Positions 25,353-34,709 of a stretch of DNA of 64,000 nucleotides are shown here, in pieces. The position numbers were made by a program, and so were the translations under genes. Below the pieces are notes generated by a model that was given only the letters and a program-made list of their open reading frames with translations, ran no database searches and was not told the origin of the DNA. The stretch is taken from assembly GCA_003218475.1 (NCBI GenBank), contig QHNR01000106.1, positions 1,388-65,387 on the forward strand, in the 5' to 3' direction. The stretch is from Verrucomicrobiota bacterium. GTDB taxonomy: Bacteria; Verrucomicrobiota; Verrucomicrobiia; Chthoniobacterales; UBA10450. The stretch's first letter is position 1, and each line of letters opens with the position of its first letter.

Positions 25353-27659
25353 ATGGGCAATTTCTTTTTAGAACTGAAGCGGCGCAACGTTTACAAGGTT
25401 GCGGTCGTTTACGCGCTCGTTTCGTGGCTGCTAATCGAGATTGCGTGGATTGCGTTGCCGATGTTCGACGCGCCTGAGTGGATGCTCAGCACATTCATCG
25501 TATTCGTCGCGCTCGGTTTTATTCTTGCCGTAATCATCTCGTGGGCTTTTGAAATGACGCCGGAGGGAATGAAACGAACGGCGGACATTACGCCGGGCGA
25601 GGTCCTCCCTTATTGGAGCAAACGGAAGTTCACGGCATTCATCACCGGCGTTGCGGCCGTTGCGTTCCTCCTGCTTGCCTACCAATTGTTGCGATTCAGC
25701 CCGGCGCTCCAACAGCGGTCTACGGCAAAACGCACTGATAAAATTTTGATTCAGGGCAACCAGGCCGGCACGCAAATCGTGGAAGGCCAGGCAGACGGAG
25801 CGATGCGCGCTGAATATTCCTATAACGATCGCGGCCGCGGCGATCACATCATGGCAACCTGGAAACTCGATGGCGCCGGTGTGCCGGTTGAATACGAAGG
25901 CCACGGCAATGATTACATGAAGGCACCCATCGAAGAACATTTCGAAATAAAAAATGGCAGGGCGAGTTGGAAGAACCGCAGCGAACAGGGCGAGCAGGCC
26001 GTGACCGGCGAAGCGTTCTACCTGCCGATGAATGCGCCACCGGAATTTTTCGCTGTGCTCGCGCGAGCCTTATTGAAAGCGTCAAACCACAAACTCGCAC
26101 TTTTGCCTGCCGGAGAAGCGACAATTGAACGAGCAGCGAGAGTAACATCGGCTAATTCGGAACTAACTGAATACCGCGTGAGTGGCCTCGGATTTTCGCC
26201 GCGATCAATCTGGCTGGATCGACAGGGGCGAGCGGCGTCGGTCTCCTCCTGGTTTTCTGTTTTACCTGAGGGACGCGAGTCAGCGATTGATCAGCTCCGG
26301 ACGGCGCAACAAAAGACCGATGCCGTCTGGTCGGAACGCATCGATCGCACCCTGGCACACAAACCAAATGGCGACCTCGTGATCCGCAACGCGCGCTTGT
26401 TTGATCCGCGCGATCTCAGCGTTACTCCCGGGACCGGTGTGCTCATCCGCGGCGAGCGCATCGTGCGCGTCGCGCCTGATGCCGATCTAAAACCATCTGC
26501 GAACGCGGCAATCATCGACGCGCACGACTGTTTTCTCATGCCGGGTTTGTGGGACGATCACCAACATTTCAGTGACAACGACGGCGCGCTTGATCTCGCA
26601 AACGGCGTGACAAGCGCGCGAGACATGGCCAATGACACCGATACTTTTCTCCAACGCGTGGAGCGGTTTGATAATGGCAGCGAGCTCGGGCCGCGCGTAT
26701 TAAAAGCCGGAATCGTTGATGGCACTGGCGAATTCGCGGGCCCAACCAAAATGCGTGTCGACACCGCCGAGCAGGCAATTCAGGACATCGACTGGTATGC
26801 CGATCACGGTTACGCACAGCTCAAGATTTATTCGTCAATCAAACCCGAACTCGTTCCGGTCATGGCCGATCATGCGCATGCCCGCGGCATGCGCGTAAGC
26901 GGTCACGTGCCTGCGTTCATGTCCGCGCGCCAATTCGTCGAAGGCGGGGCGGACGAGATTCAGCATCTCAACTTTATCCTCCTCAATTTCCTTTTCCCAG
27001 AAGTGCAGGAAACGCGCAATCGCGATCGCTTCATCAAAGTGGCAGAGCACGCGCGCGATTTTCCGCCCGACAAACCGGAAGTGAGCGAGTTCATCCAATT
27101 CCTCAAGCACCATGACACCGTGCTCGATCCAACGATAAGCATTTTCGAAGGTCTGTTTTGCGGCAATCCGAGTGCGATCACGCCCGGTCTGGAACGAATC
27201 GTGCCCCGCTTTCCGTCGCAGGTGCGCCGCGCGATGTTGAGCGGCGCGCTCGACGTTCCAAAAGACAAAGAGGCTGCTTATCGCGAAGCTTTCCCGGCAA
27301 TGTTGCGCCTGTTAAAGGCAATCCACGACGCCGGCGTGACGATTATCCCGGGAACCGATGCACTGGCCGGATACACGCTCCACCACGAGCTCGAGCTTTA
27401 TGTGCAGGCCGGTATCGCTCCCGCTGAAGTTTTACAAATGGCAACGTGGACGCCCGCTTTGGTTATGGGTGTGAATAAAGACCGCGGCGTCATCGCCCCG
27501 GGGAAACTGGCTGACATGATTCTGGTGGATGGCGACCCGACGAAAAACATTCGGGACATCAACAACATCACCACGGTAATCAAGGACGGAAAGGTTTACG
27601 ACCCAGCAGACATTGAGAAAGCGCTCGGGATCACGCCGCGCGAAACCCAGCCGAAGTAG
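25353..27659 (+). CDS. paralog P7: 2-TM anchor + TM + beta-rich domain + metal-dependent amidohydrolase
   Basis: FFLELKRRNVYKVAVVYALVSWLLIE..SWAFEMTPEGMKRTAD. Amidohydrolase blocks follow: IRNARLFDP, DAHDCFLMPGLWDDHQHF, GADEIQHLNF, IPGTDAL, GKLADMILVDGDP. Confidence 0.8.
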   Translation: MGNFFLELKRRNVYKVAVVYALVSWLLIEIAWIALPMFDAPEWMLSTFIVFVALGFILAVIISWAFEMTPEGMKRTADITPGEVLPYWSKRKFTAFITGVAAVAFLLLAYQLLRFSPALQQRSTAKRTDKILIQGNQAGTQIVEGQADGAMRAEYSYNDRGRGDHIMATWKLDGAGVPVEYEGHGNDYMKAPIEEHFEIKNGRASWKNRSEQGEQAVTGEAFYLPMNAPPEFFAVLARALLKASNHKLALLPAGEATIERAARVTSANSELTEYRVSGLGFSPRSIWLDRQGRAASVSSWFSVLPEGRESAIDQLRTAQQKTDAVWSERIDRTLAHKPNGDLVIRNARLFDPRDLSVTPGTGVLIRGERIVRVAPDADLKPSANAAIIDAHDCFLMPGLWDDHQHFSDNDGALDLANGVTSARDMANDTDTFLQRVERFDNGSELGPRVLKAGIVDGTGEFAGPTKMRVDTAEQAIQDIDWYADHGYAQLKIYSSIKPELVPVMADHAHARGMRVSGHVPAFMSARQFVEGGADEIQHLNFILLNFLFPEVQETRNRDRFIKVAEHARDFPPDKPEVSEFIQFLKHHDTVLDPTISIFEGLFCGNPSAITPGLERIVPRFPSQVRRAMLSGALDVPKDKEAAYREAFPAMLRLLKAIHDAGVTIIPGTDALAGYTLHHELELYVQAGIAPAEVLQMATWTPALVMGVNKDRGVIAPGKLADMILVDGDPTKNIRDINNITTVIKDGKVYDPADIEKALGITPRETQPK

Positions 27660-27662
27660 CAT

Positions 27663-28184
27663 ATGAACTGGCAAATGGTCACTGCTATTGCTCAATTGGC
27701 GACGGTCGCCGTTGGGATTCCTTCTCTCATTTACTTCGCGGTACAGCTCCGTGAGCAGACCAAGGAACGGCGCCAGGAGGCGAGGAATGCCCTTACGATT
27801 CAATGGGGAGATCTCACCAAGGCATTGCACGAGAACGGCGAGTTTGCCGCGATCCACCTACGCGGCGTACACTCTTTCCACGAGCTCGATCCCGTTTCAA
27901 AGCTGCGCTTCAGCGCATTTCAAAACCGTTTCTTCAAAAATTTCGAAGGCATGTATTACTCGCGTCGCGAAGGAATACTGAGTTCGGAGTTGTGGGATGA
28001 GATCGAACGCACGATGAGCGACTTCCTTGCCTACGACGGCGTGCGTCAATGGTGGGAGACACGCAAGCACTGGCACACGGAAGCTTTTGTCGGTGTCGTC
28101 GAGGCTATTATCGCTCGGGGCGACAAGCCGACCGCCTATTCCACATACAACGTGACAGATGTCGCCCTGCCTAAACACGGCTGA
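27663..28184 (+). CDS. hypothetical membrane-anchored protein
   Basis: 173-aa ORF with one N-terminal TM segment (VTAIAQLATVAVGIPSLIYFAV). Its stop overlaps the panE start (TGATG). No family recognised. Confidence 0.45.
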   Translation: MNWQMVTAIAQLATVAVGIPSLIYFAVQLREQTKERRQEARNALTIQWGDLTKALHENGEFAAIHLRGVHSFHELDPVSKLRFSAFQNRFFKNFEGMYYSRREGILSSELWDEIERTMSDFLAYDGVRQWWETRKHWHTEAFVGVVEAIIARGDKPTAYSTYNVTDVALPKHG

Positions 28185-29119
28185 TGAGCGAAATTCGAGA
28201 GTGGCCGCGAATCGCGGTTATCGGTGCCGGCGCCGTTGGCGGTTACTTCGGTGGGATGTTCGTCCGCGCGGGCGCGCCGACAGTTTTCATTGGGCGAAAA
28301 GGGTTCGTCGATGCAGTTAATGCGAACGGTCTTGTTCTCGATAAATCGCACGGCCAGGAGCGCATCGCGGCCCGGGCGAGTACCGAGATGAGCGCAGTTC
28401 GAGATTGCTCGCTGATTCTGTTTTGCGTCAAAGCAAACGATACCTCCGCCACCGCAAAACAGATGGCTCCGTTTCTCGCGCCGGATGCGATAGTGGTGTG
28501 TTTGCAAAACGGTGTCGACAATGCCGACCGGGTTCGCGCCGCTGCGAATGTCGTCGCCGTACCCGCCGCAGTTTACGTCGCTGTGTCTGTGCCGGAAACG
28601 GGGCGCGTCAAACACCTCGCACGTGGTGATTTGATCATTGGCCCGAGGTCCAAAATAACAACGGAACTGACAAAGCTTTTCATTCGCGCCAGTATTCCCT
28701 GCCGAATCTCGGACAACATTGAAGGCGAATTATGGGTAAAGCTGCTGCGCAATTGCGCGCTGAACGCGATCTCTGCGTTGGGGCATACGCGTTACGGAGA
28801 AATCGCGCAGAACGCCGATGCAAAACAACTGATGAAACAAATTATCGACGAAGTGCTGGCCGTGGCCCAAGCGGCTGGTATCGCTCTGCCGGGCATTGGC
28901 GACCTCGAGTCAGGCATGGCGGCGGCGATGGAGCTCGCAACGCAAATGGCCGACGCGCTCTCGTCGACTGCACAGGATTTGGATCGCGGCAGATCTACGG
29001 AGATTGATGCTCTGAACGGCTACATTGCCCGTTTGGGGGCCAAGCTTGGGATCCCGGCGCCGGTCAATCACGCACTCTTCACGCTAGTGAAGTTAGCCGA
29101 GCAAAAAGCCGTCAGCTAA
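28184..29119 (+). CDS. panE: 2-dehydropantoate 2-reductase (ketopantoate reductase, ApbA/PanE family)
   Basis: IAVIGAGAVGGYFGG, CVKANDT, LQNGV, ELWVKLLRNCALN, SSTAQDLDRGRSTEIDALNG. Confidence 0.8.
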   Translation: MSEIREWPRIAVIGAGAVGGYFGGMFVRAGAPTVFIGRKGFVDAVNANGLVLDKSHGQERIAARASTEMSAVRDCSLILFCVKANDTSATAKQMAPFLAPDAIVVCLQNGVDNADRVRAAANVVAVPAAVYVAVSVPETGRVKHLARGDLIIGPRSKITTELTKLFIRASIPCRISDNIEGELWVKLLRNCALNAISALGHTRYGEIAQNADAKQLMKQIIDEVLAVAQAAGIALPGIGDLESGMAAAMELATQMADALSSTAQDLDRGRSTEIDALNGYIARLGAKLGIPAPVNHALFTLVKLAEQKAVS

Positions 29120-29261
29120 AAGCAGCAGCAATTTTTTGCGAAAAAAAAGCTTGCGTGTGTGCCATAGTGTTGTAGTTATCTATAACACCAAATGACCGAG
29201 CAATCGTCGACCGAACCCCACAAGCGGATGTTCGCCGGACACATGCCGCCCGAAATAGCGA

Positions 29262-29648
29262 ATGAATCGTGAATGGAACGACAGTCAGCCGATTTATCGC
29301 CAACTACGCGATCGTGTCGTGCACATGATTCTCGACGGCGTTCTCAACGAAGGCGATCCGCTGCCGTCGGTGCGCAATGTGGCGGCCGATTATCGGCTCA
29401 ACCCCCTCACTGTTTTGAAGGCTTATCAGGAACTGGTCGACGAAGAGCTCGTCGAAAAAAGGAGAGGCCTGGGCATGTTCGTCAAAACCGGCGCGCGCAA
29501 TCGATTGCTCCACGGCGAACGGCAAAAATTTCTTAACGAACATTGGCCGAGAGTTCACGCGACGATTCAGCGGCTCGGTTTAGATCCAAAAGAACTTCTC
29601 GACGCCGCAGCTCGCCGCTCGGCCAAAACTGGAAAGGAGAAGCACTGA
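29262..29648 (+). CDS. GntR-family (YtrA-like, short) transcriptional regulator
   Basis: QPIYRQLRDRVVHMILDGVLNEGDPLPSVRNVAADYRLNPLTVLKAYQELVDEELVEKRRGLGMFV. Confidence 0.85.
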   Translation: MNREWNDSQPIYRQLRDRVVHMILDGVLNEGDPLPSVRNVAADYRLNPLTVLKAYQELVDEELVEKRRGLGMFVKTGARNRLLHGERQKFLNEHWPRVHATIQRLGLDPKELLDAAARRSAKTGKEKH

Positions 29649-29652
29649 CGGC

Positions 29653-30558
29653 ATGGCCTGCATAGAAGCACGCGGTCTCCGCAAAGTTTTCGGCACAACT
29701 GTCGCCTTGGACGGTATAAATCTTCGTGTCGACGAAGGACGCATTCTCGGAATCATTGGACCCAACGGCGCGGGTAAGACTACCGCGCTGAACGCGATTC
29801 TTGGCCTTACTTCATATGAAGGAGAATTGAAAGTGCTCGGTCGCGATCCGTGGAACTCGCGCGATGACTTAATGCGCGATGGCTCATTCATCGCGGACGT
29901 CGCGGTTTTGCCGCGTTGGATCCGCGTTAGACAGTTACTCGATTACGTTGCCGGTGTTCATCCGCGGTTTGATCGCGCAAAAGCGGAAAGTTTTCTGGCG
30001 AAGACCGAGATTAAGCGTGCGAGCAAAGTCAGGGAATTATCCAAGGGCATGGTTGCGCAGTTGCATCTTGCGATTGTGATGGCGATTGACGCCCGCTTGC
30101 TCGTGCTGGACGAGCCTACACTTGGCCTGGACATTTTATATCGGAAACAATTCTACGACTCGCTGCTGAACGATTATTTCGATCGCAGCCGGACGATTAT
30201 CGTAACCACGCATCAGGTCGAAGAAATACAGGATGTCCTGACCGATCTCATTTTCATCAACCACGGCCGCATTGTGCTCGAATGCAGCATGGAAGAATTT
30301 GAGTCGCGCTACGTCGAGGTGATGGTGCATCCGGACCATCTGGCCGGGGCGCGTTCGCTCAAACCAATACACGAACGGCCAGTCTTTGGCCGGACTGTTT
30401 TATTGTTCGATCAGGTCGATCGCACCCAACTCGCCGCGCTCGGTGAGGTGCGCACGCCGAGCATTGCAGATTTGTTCGTGGCGGTGATGAGCCCGCCTTC
30501 GTCCCGCAGTCGCGGGACTCTGGCGCGGCAAGCAGATCAAGTAGGAGCAGCTCAATGA
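29653..30558 (+). CDS. ABC transporter ATP-binding protein
   Basis: Walker A GPNGAGKTT, signature LSKGM, Walker B LLVLDEPT. Confidence 0.9.
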   Translation: MACIEARGLRKVFGTTVALDGINLRVDEGRILGIIGPNGAGKTTALNAILGLTSYEGELKVLGRDPWNSRDDLMRDGSFIADVAVLPRWIRVRQLLDYVAGVHPRFDRAKAESFLAKTEIKRASKVRELSKGMVAQLHLAIVMAIDARLLVLDEPTLGLDILYRKQFYDSLLNDYFDRSRTIIVTTHQVEEIQDVLTDLIFINHGRIVLECSMEEFESRYVEVMVHPDHLAGARSLKPIHERPVFGRTVLLFDQVDRTQLAALGEVRTPSIADLFVAVMSPPSSRSRGTLARQADQVGAAQ

Positions 30559-31478
30559 ATACCTCGTCCAATATCGCGAGTTCCAGGGTCACCGCCCCTG
30601 GCTACAGCAATACGCCGATGCGACCGTTCTATTGGTCGGTGCGGCGGGAACTGTGGGAGAACCGTTCGATCTACGTCGCGCCGCTGATCGTTGCCATAGT
30701 CGTCTTGCTCGGTTTCCTCGTCAGCACGATTGGTCTGCCGGAACGCCGCCGCGCTGTCTTGTTGCTTGACCCGACAAAAGCCCGAGCTGCAATCGAAGCA
30801 CCGTACGACGTCGCGGCGATGATGTTGATTTTCACCGCGTTCATCGTCGGTGTGTTTTATTGTCTCGACGCGCTGCACGGCGAGCGGCGCGATCGCAGCA
30901 TCCTGTTCTGGAAATCGCTGCCCGTGTCCGATCTCACCACATTACTCTCGAAGGTAACCATTCCACTGGTAGCTCTGCCGCTGGTTACGTTCGCGATCGT
31001 TGTTGCGACGCAGTTAGTCATGCTGCTTTGGACCAGCGCAGTCCTCATAACTCACGGCATGAGTCCAGGATCGACGTTGACAAATTTCAATTTATTGCAG
31101 CAGTCGCTCATTCTGCTCTACGGCTTGGTCGCGATTGCGCTCTGGCATGCGCCGATCTACGGCTGGGCGCTGCTGATTTCAGGCTGGGCTAAGAGAGCAA
31201 CGTTTCTTTGGGCAGTGTTACCAGTAATCGCGATCGCCATGTTCGAGAAGATTACTTTCGACACGTCACATTTCGCTGCGCTAGTGAAGGATCGCTTACT
31301 CGGTTTTGCGCCGAACGCGTTCGCGTTTGGGTTGCACGGCGGTACTTCAATCGACTCACTCGTGCAGCTCACGCCGGGCAGATACCTGAGCACGCCAGCT
31401 CTTTGGCTTGGGCTGCTTTTCGCCGCGATATGCATTGCCGCGGGAATCCGGCTGCGCCGTTATCGCGAACCACTCTGA
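30555..31478 (+). CDS. multi-pass membrane protein, probable ABC-2-type permease partner
   Basis: 4-nt overlap with the ATPase gene. About 6 hydrophobic segments. No specific family recognised. Confidence 0.55.
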   Translation: MNTSSNIASSRVTAPGYSNTPMRPFYWSVRRELWENRSIYVAPLIVAIVVLLGFLVSTIGLPERRRAVLLLDPTKARAAIEAPYDVAAMMLIFTAFIVGVFYCLDALHGERRDRSILFWKSLPVSDLTTLLSKVTIPLVALPLVTFAIVVATQLVMLLWTSAVLITHGMSPGSTLTNFNLLQQSLILLYGLVAIALWHAPIYGWALLISGWAKRATFLWAVLPVIAIAMFEKITFDTSHFAALVKDRLLGFAPNAFAFGLHGGTSIDSLVQLTPGRYLSTPALWLGLLFAAICIAAGIRLRRYREPL

Positions 31479-31508
31479 TTCCCGAACCACTGAAAAGGAG
31501 AGAAATCC

Positions 31509-32216
31509 ATGCACCCACTCAAGAAAGCCGCGCGGATCGCCGGGGCTATCTATTTATCGATGGTAGTCACCGGGCCTTTCAGCCTGATTTATGTTCCAAG
31601 CAAACTCATCGTGCACGGTAACGCTGCCGCGACGTCCGATAACATCCTCGCTCACGAGACCATGTTTCGTCTTTCGATTCTGGCTGATCTGGTCGGGCAG
31701 GTGATTTTCATCTGTCTCGCGATCGCTCTGTATCGGTTGCTTAGCAGCGTCAACAAGATCTGGGCTGGCTTAATGGTCGCGTTCGTTTTGGTCTCGGCCG
31801 CGGTAGGGTTCGTCAACACGCTGAACGATATCGCCGCGTTGATGCTCTTCCGTGGCGCAGATTTCCTTGCGGTATTAGACAAAACTCAGCGCGACGCCCT
31901 CGGGATGTTGTTCATTCGGCTGCACAGTCAGGGGATTTTCATCGATGAGATCTTTTGGGGACTGTGGCTCTTTCCTTTCGGGTTGCTGGTCTTTCGCTCC
32001 GGATTCCTGCCGCGGTTGATCGGTGTATGGCTAATGATCAACTGTTTCGGCTATGTAGTCCTGAGCCTCACGGCCTTGTTCTTCCCGGATCATTACGGAG
32101 CTGCCTTTAGCATTATGCAACCGGTCTTGTTTGGCGAGCTGGCAATCATGCTGTGGCTTCTGATTAAAGGCGCGAAGGTAAAACAATCGCATGAGCCGCT
32201 AATCGCAGCCGCCTAG
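31509..32216 (+). CDS. DUF4386-like membrane protein
   Basis: AARIAGAIYLSMVVTGPFSLIYVPSKLIV.GNAAATSDNILAHETMFRLSI is typical of DUF4386 as I recall it. Confidence 0.6.
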   Translation: MHPLKKAARIAGAIYLSMVVTGPFSLIYVPSKLIVHGNAAATSDNILAHETMFRLSILADLVGQVIFICLAIALYRLLSSVNKIWAGLMVAFVLVSAAVGFVNTLNDIAALMLFRGADFLAVLDKTQRDALGMLFIRLHSQGIFIDEIFWGLWLFPFGLLVFRSGFLPRLIGVWLMINCFGYVVLSLTALFFPDHYGAAFSIMQPVLFGELAIMLWLLIKGAKVKQSHEPLIAAA

Positions 32217-32230
32217 ATTTAGAACACGTT

Positions 32231-32965
32231 ATGGCCACGATCGACAATTCACAACGGCTCGCTGCAAAGATCGCGGGCGTGAGCGGCCTGCTCGCGTTCC
32301 CGATCGTGGTTATCGGAAACTACGCGTTGCTCAGCCCGCTAGTCGTTACGGGCAATGCTGCCGAAACTGCTCGGAATATCGTGGCGCACCAAACTCAAGT
32401 GCGAGTCGCGCTCACCTGTTTTCTTACTTACAGCATTATCGTTGTTGTTCTGCTCGGAGCGCTTTATGTGATTTTTAGACCGGTAGATCGGATTCTCGCG
32501 TTGATCGGAGCCCTCTTCCGTCTCGTATTCGCGTTGTTATGGCTCCGTGCACCACTTAATCTCCTCAGCGCGCTGCGACTCCTCGGGACCGCAAGCTACC
32601 TGCAAGTGTTCGAAGCAGATCGCTTGCAAGCCTTGGCGAGGCTACAGATCGCAGCGAACTTCGACGATTACTATATCGGCCTGCCATTCTTTGGCTTGGC
32701 TGCCACTGTTTGCAGCTATTTGTGGCTGAAGTCGGGCTATATCCCCAAGGCGCTGGCTGCTTTCGGTCTGATCTCGTCTGCGTGGTGCGTAATCTGCGCG
32801 TTTGTTTTCCTCATTTTGCCCAACTTCAACAAGGTTGTTAACGACTACTGGTTCGATTCGCCGATGGCCTTGTTCGAACTCGCAGTGAGTTTTTGGCTTC
32901 TGTTTAGAGGATTACCGCCATCCACGATAGTTATTTCGCACCAGATACCAAATAGAAACATCTAG
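32231..32965 (+). CDS. DUF4386-like membrane protein (second, divergent copy)
   Basis: Same layout as the previous gene: AAKIAGVSGLLAFPIVVIGNYALLSPLVVTGNAAETARNIVAHQTQVRVAL. Confidence 0.55.
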   Translation: MATIDNSQRLAAKIAGVSGLLAFPIVVIGNYALLSPLVVTGNAAETARNIVAHQTQVRVALTCFLTYSIIVVVLLGALYVIFRPVDRILALIGALFRLVFALLWLRAPLNLLSALRLLGTASYLQVFEADRLQALARLQIAANFDDYYIGLPFFGLAATVCSYLWLKSGYIPKALAAFGLISSAWCVICAFVFLILPNFNKVVNDYWFDSPMALFELAVSFWLLFRGLPPSTIVISHQIPNRNI

Positions 32966-32990
32966 TCATCAAACCTCACCATACATTCTT

Positions 32991-33470
32991 ATGAAAAAAC
33001 TCATTGCTGTTAGCACCTGTTTGTTCTTACTTTGCAGCTTCATTTTTGCCTCCTCCTCGCCGGAACAAAACAAGGCAATCGCAAGACGCGCATTTGAAGA
33101 AGTCCTCAGCGGTGGGCGCTTCGAACTCGCTGAACAGCTTTACGCCAAAGATTTCGTCAACCACGGCATCCATCGCGATGCCAACCTGGAGGAAGACCTG
33201 ACAGCACTGAAGGGTTGGCATCAGGCATTTTCCGACATATCCATCGTGCCTGAGAAGTTGATCGCGGAAGGCGATTTGGTCACGATCTACTGGATTGCGC
33301 GGGGTACCAATACCGGCACAGGCAACGGACTACCCGCAACCGGCAAAAAGGCTGAACTGGCTGGAATTACAATCTGGCGGATCGTCGACGGCAAAATCAA
33401 GGAGGAGTGGTCTGCATTTGATCAACTTTCGATGATGCAACAGCTCGGACTGCTTCCATCCAACAAGTAA
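32991..33470 (+). CDS. SnoaL-like ester cyclase with signal peptide
   Basis: NKAIARRAFEEVLSGGRFELAEQLYAKDFVNHG ... GTNTG...G..ATGK......I.WRI.DGKI.E.W. Confidence 0.7.
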   Translation: MKKLIAVSTCLFLLCSFIFASSSPEQNKAIARRAFEEVLSGGRFELAEQLYAKDFVNHGIHRDANLEEDLTALKGWHQAFSDISIVPEKLIAEGDLVTIYWIARGTNTGTGNGLPATGKKAELAGITIWRIVDGKIKEEWSAFDQLSMMQQLGLLPSNK

Positions 33471-33487
33471 CCGGTGAGAAGGATGAA

Positions 33488-34654
33488 ATGATGCAAAAGA
33501 CTGAAGGAACAATAATGAACCGTGAAGCAAAAGCGAAACGTTCTCGTAAGCGATGGAAGCGCGTCCTAACATGGAGTGTAGCGGTAATTCTAGTCGCGTT
33601 GCTGGCCTGGTTTGAGATCGCCTACTGGACATCAAGTAACGACTGCGGTTACTCAGCTGCTCCGACCAATCCTATGAAAGCTATTGTTTATTGCGACTAT
33701 GGTCTGGGTAATCTCAAGCTCAAGGATATTGAAAAACCCGTTCCTAATGACGATCAAGTCCTGGTCAGAGTTCGGGCGGCTTCAGTTAATCCGTACGACT
33801 GGCACTTCGTGGAAGGCACTCCCAAGATCATGCGGATGATGGGAGTGGGCCTGCGCAAGCCAAAGGACACACGACTCGGCGTTGATTTTGCCGGCACAGT
33901 TGAAGCTGTTGGTAAGAACGTCACTCAGTTCAAACCAGGGGATGAAGTCTTTGGCGGAAGAGGCGGAGCATTTGCCGAGTATGTGTGTCCTCGCGCAACT
34001 CGGGCGGTTGCGCCGAAACCGGCAAACGTGACTTTTGAGCAGGCGGCTTCTGTCAATATCGCTGGTATCACCGCGTTGCAGAGTCTGCGCGATAAAGGAA
34101 AAGTCCAGCCAGGGCAGAAGGTCTTAATTAACGGTGCGTCCGGGGGCGTCGGCACGTTTGCGGTCCAAATAGCCAAATCATTCGGCGCGGACGTGACGGG
34201 CGTATGTAGCACACGCAACATCGATCTCGTGCGATCTCTCGGCGCGGATCACGTGATTGATTACACGAAAGAAGATTTCGCGAAAAGCGATCAACATTAC
34301 GACGTGATTCTCGACAATGTCCCCAACCATTCGTTGTCAGAAATCCGGCGCGTGTTGAATCCCAATGGAAATTACGTGTTGATCGGAGGAGGAGGGCCTA
34401 ACGATAATCAATGGATTGGGCCTTTCGGTCGCGTCATTCACACGCTTGTGCTGTCACCATTCATCAATCAGAAAATGGGAATGATGATGGCAGACGCGAA
34501 TCAAAAGGACCTGACCATTTTGGCTGATATGATGCAGACCGGAAAACTCAAACCCGTCATCGACCGTACTTACAAGTTAGATCAAGTACCCGACGCCATT
34601 CGTTATGTCGAAGCAGGGCACGCGCGCGGCAAAGTGATAATAACGGTGGAGTAG
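33488..34654 (+). CDS. MDR-family NAD(P)-dependent oxidoreductase (zinc-type ADH / quinone oxidoreductase-like)
   Basis: MKAIVYCDYG..LKLKDIEKPVP, GVDFAGTVEAVG, NGASGGVGTFAVQIAK. The listed ORF has a 62-aa N-terminal extension with a TM segment, and the core could start at the ATG at 33674. Confidence 0.8.
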   Translation: MMQKTEGTIMNREAKAKRSRKRWKRVLTWSVAVILVALLAWFEIAYWTSSNDCGYSAAPTNPMKAIVYCDYGLGNLKLKDIEKPVPNDDQVLVRVRAASVNPYDWHFVEGTPKIMRMMGVGLRKPKDTRLGVDFAGTVEAVGKNVTQFKPGDEVFGGRGGAFAEYVCPRATRAVAPKPANVTFEQAASVNIAGITALQSLRDKGKVQPGQKVLINGASGGVGTFAVQIAKSFGADVTGVCSTRNIDLVRSLGADHVIDYTKEDFAKSDQHYDVILDNVPNHSLSEIRRVLNPNGNYVLIGGGGPNDNQWIGPFGRVIHTLVLSPFINQKMGMMMADANQKDLTILADMMQTGKLKPVIDRTYKLDQVPDAIRYVEAGHARGKVIITVE

Positions 34655-34709
34655 CAACTCGTATGAAAAATCTCGCTTTCACTGCGGATAAATGATCTTA
34701 TCTGCTTCT

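Noticed and set aside
33488-33673. 62-aa N-terminal extension with a TM helix on the MDR oxidoreductase
   Set aside because: This is not rejected outright. The conserved MDR core starts at MKAIVY (33674), and I cannot decide between the starts from sequence alone. I kept the long ORF as the feature and flag the uncertainty.
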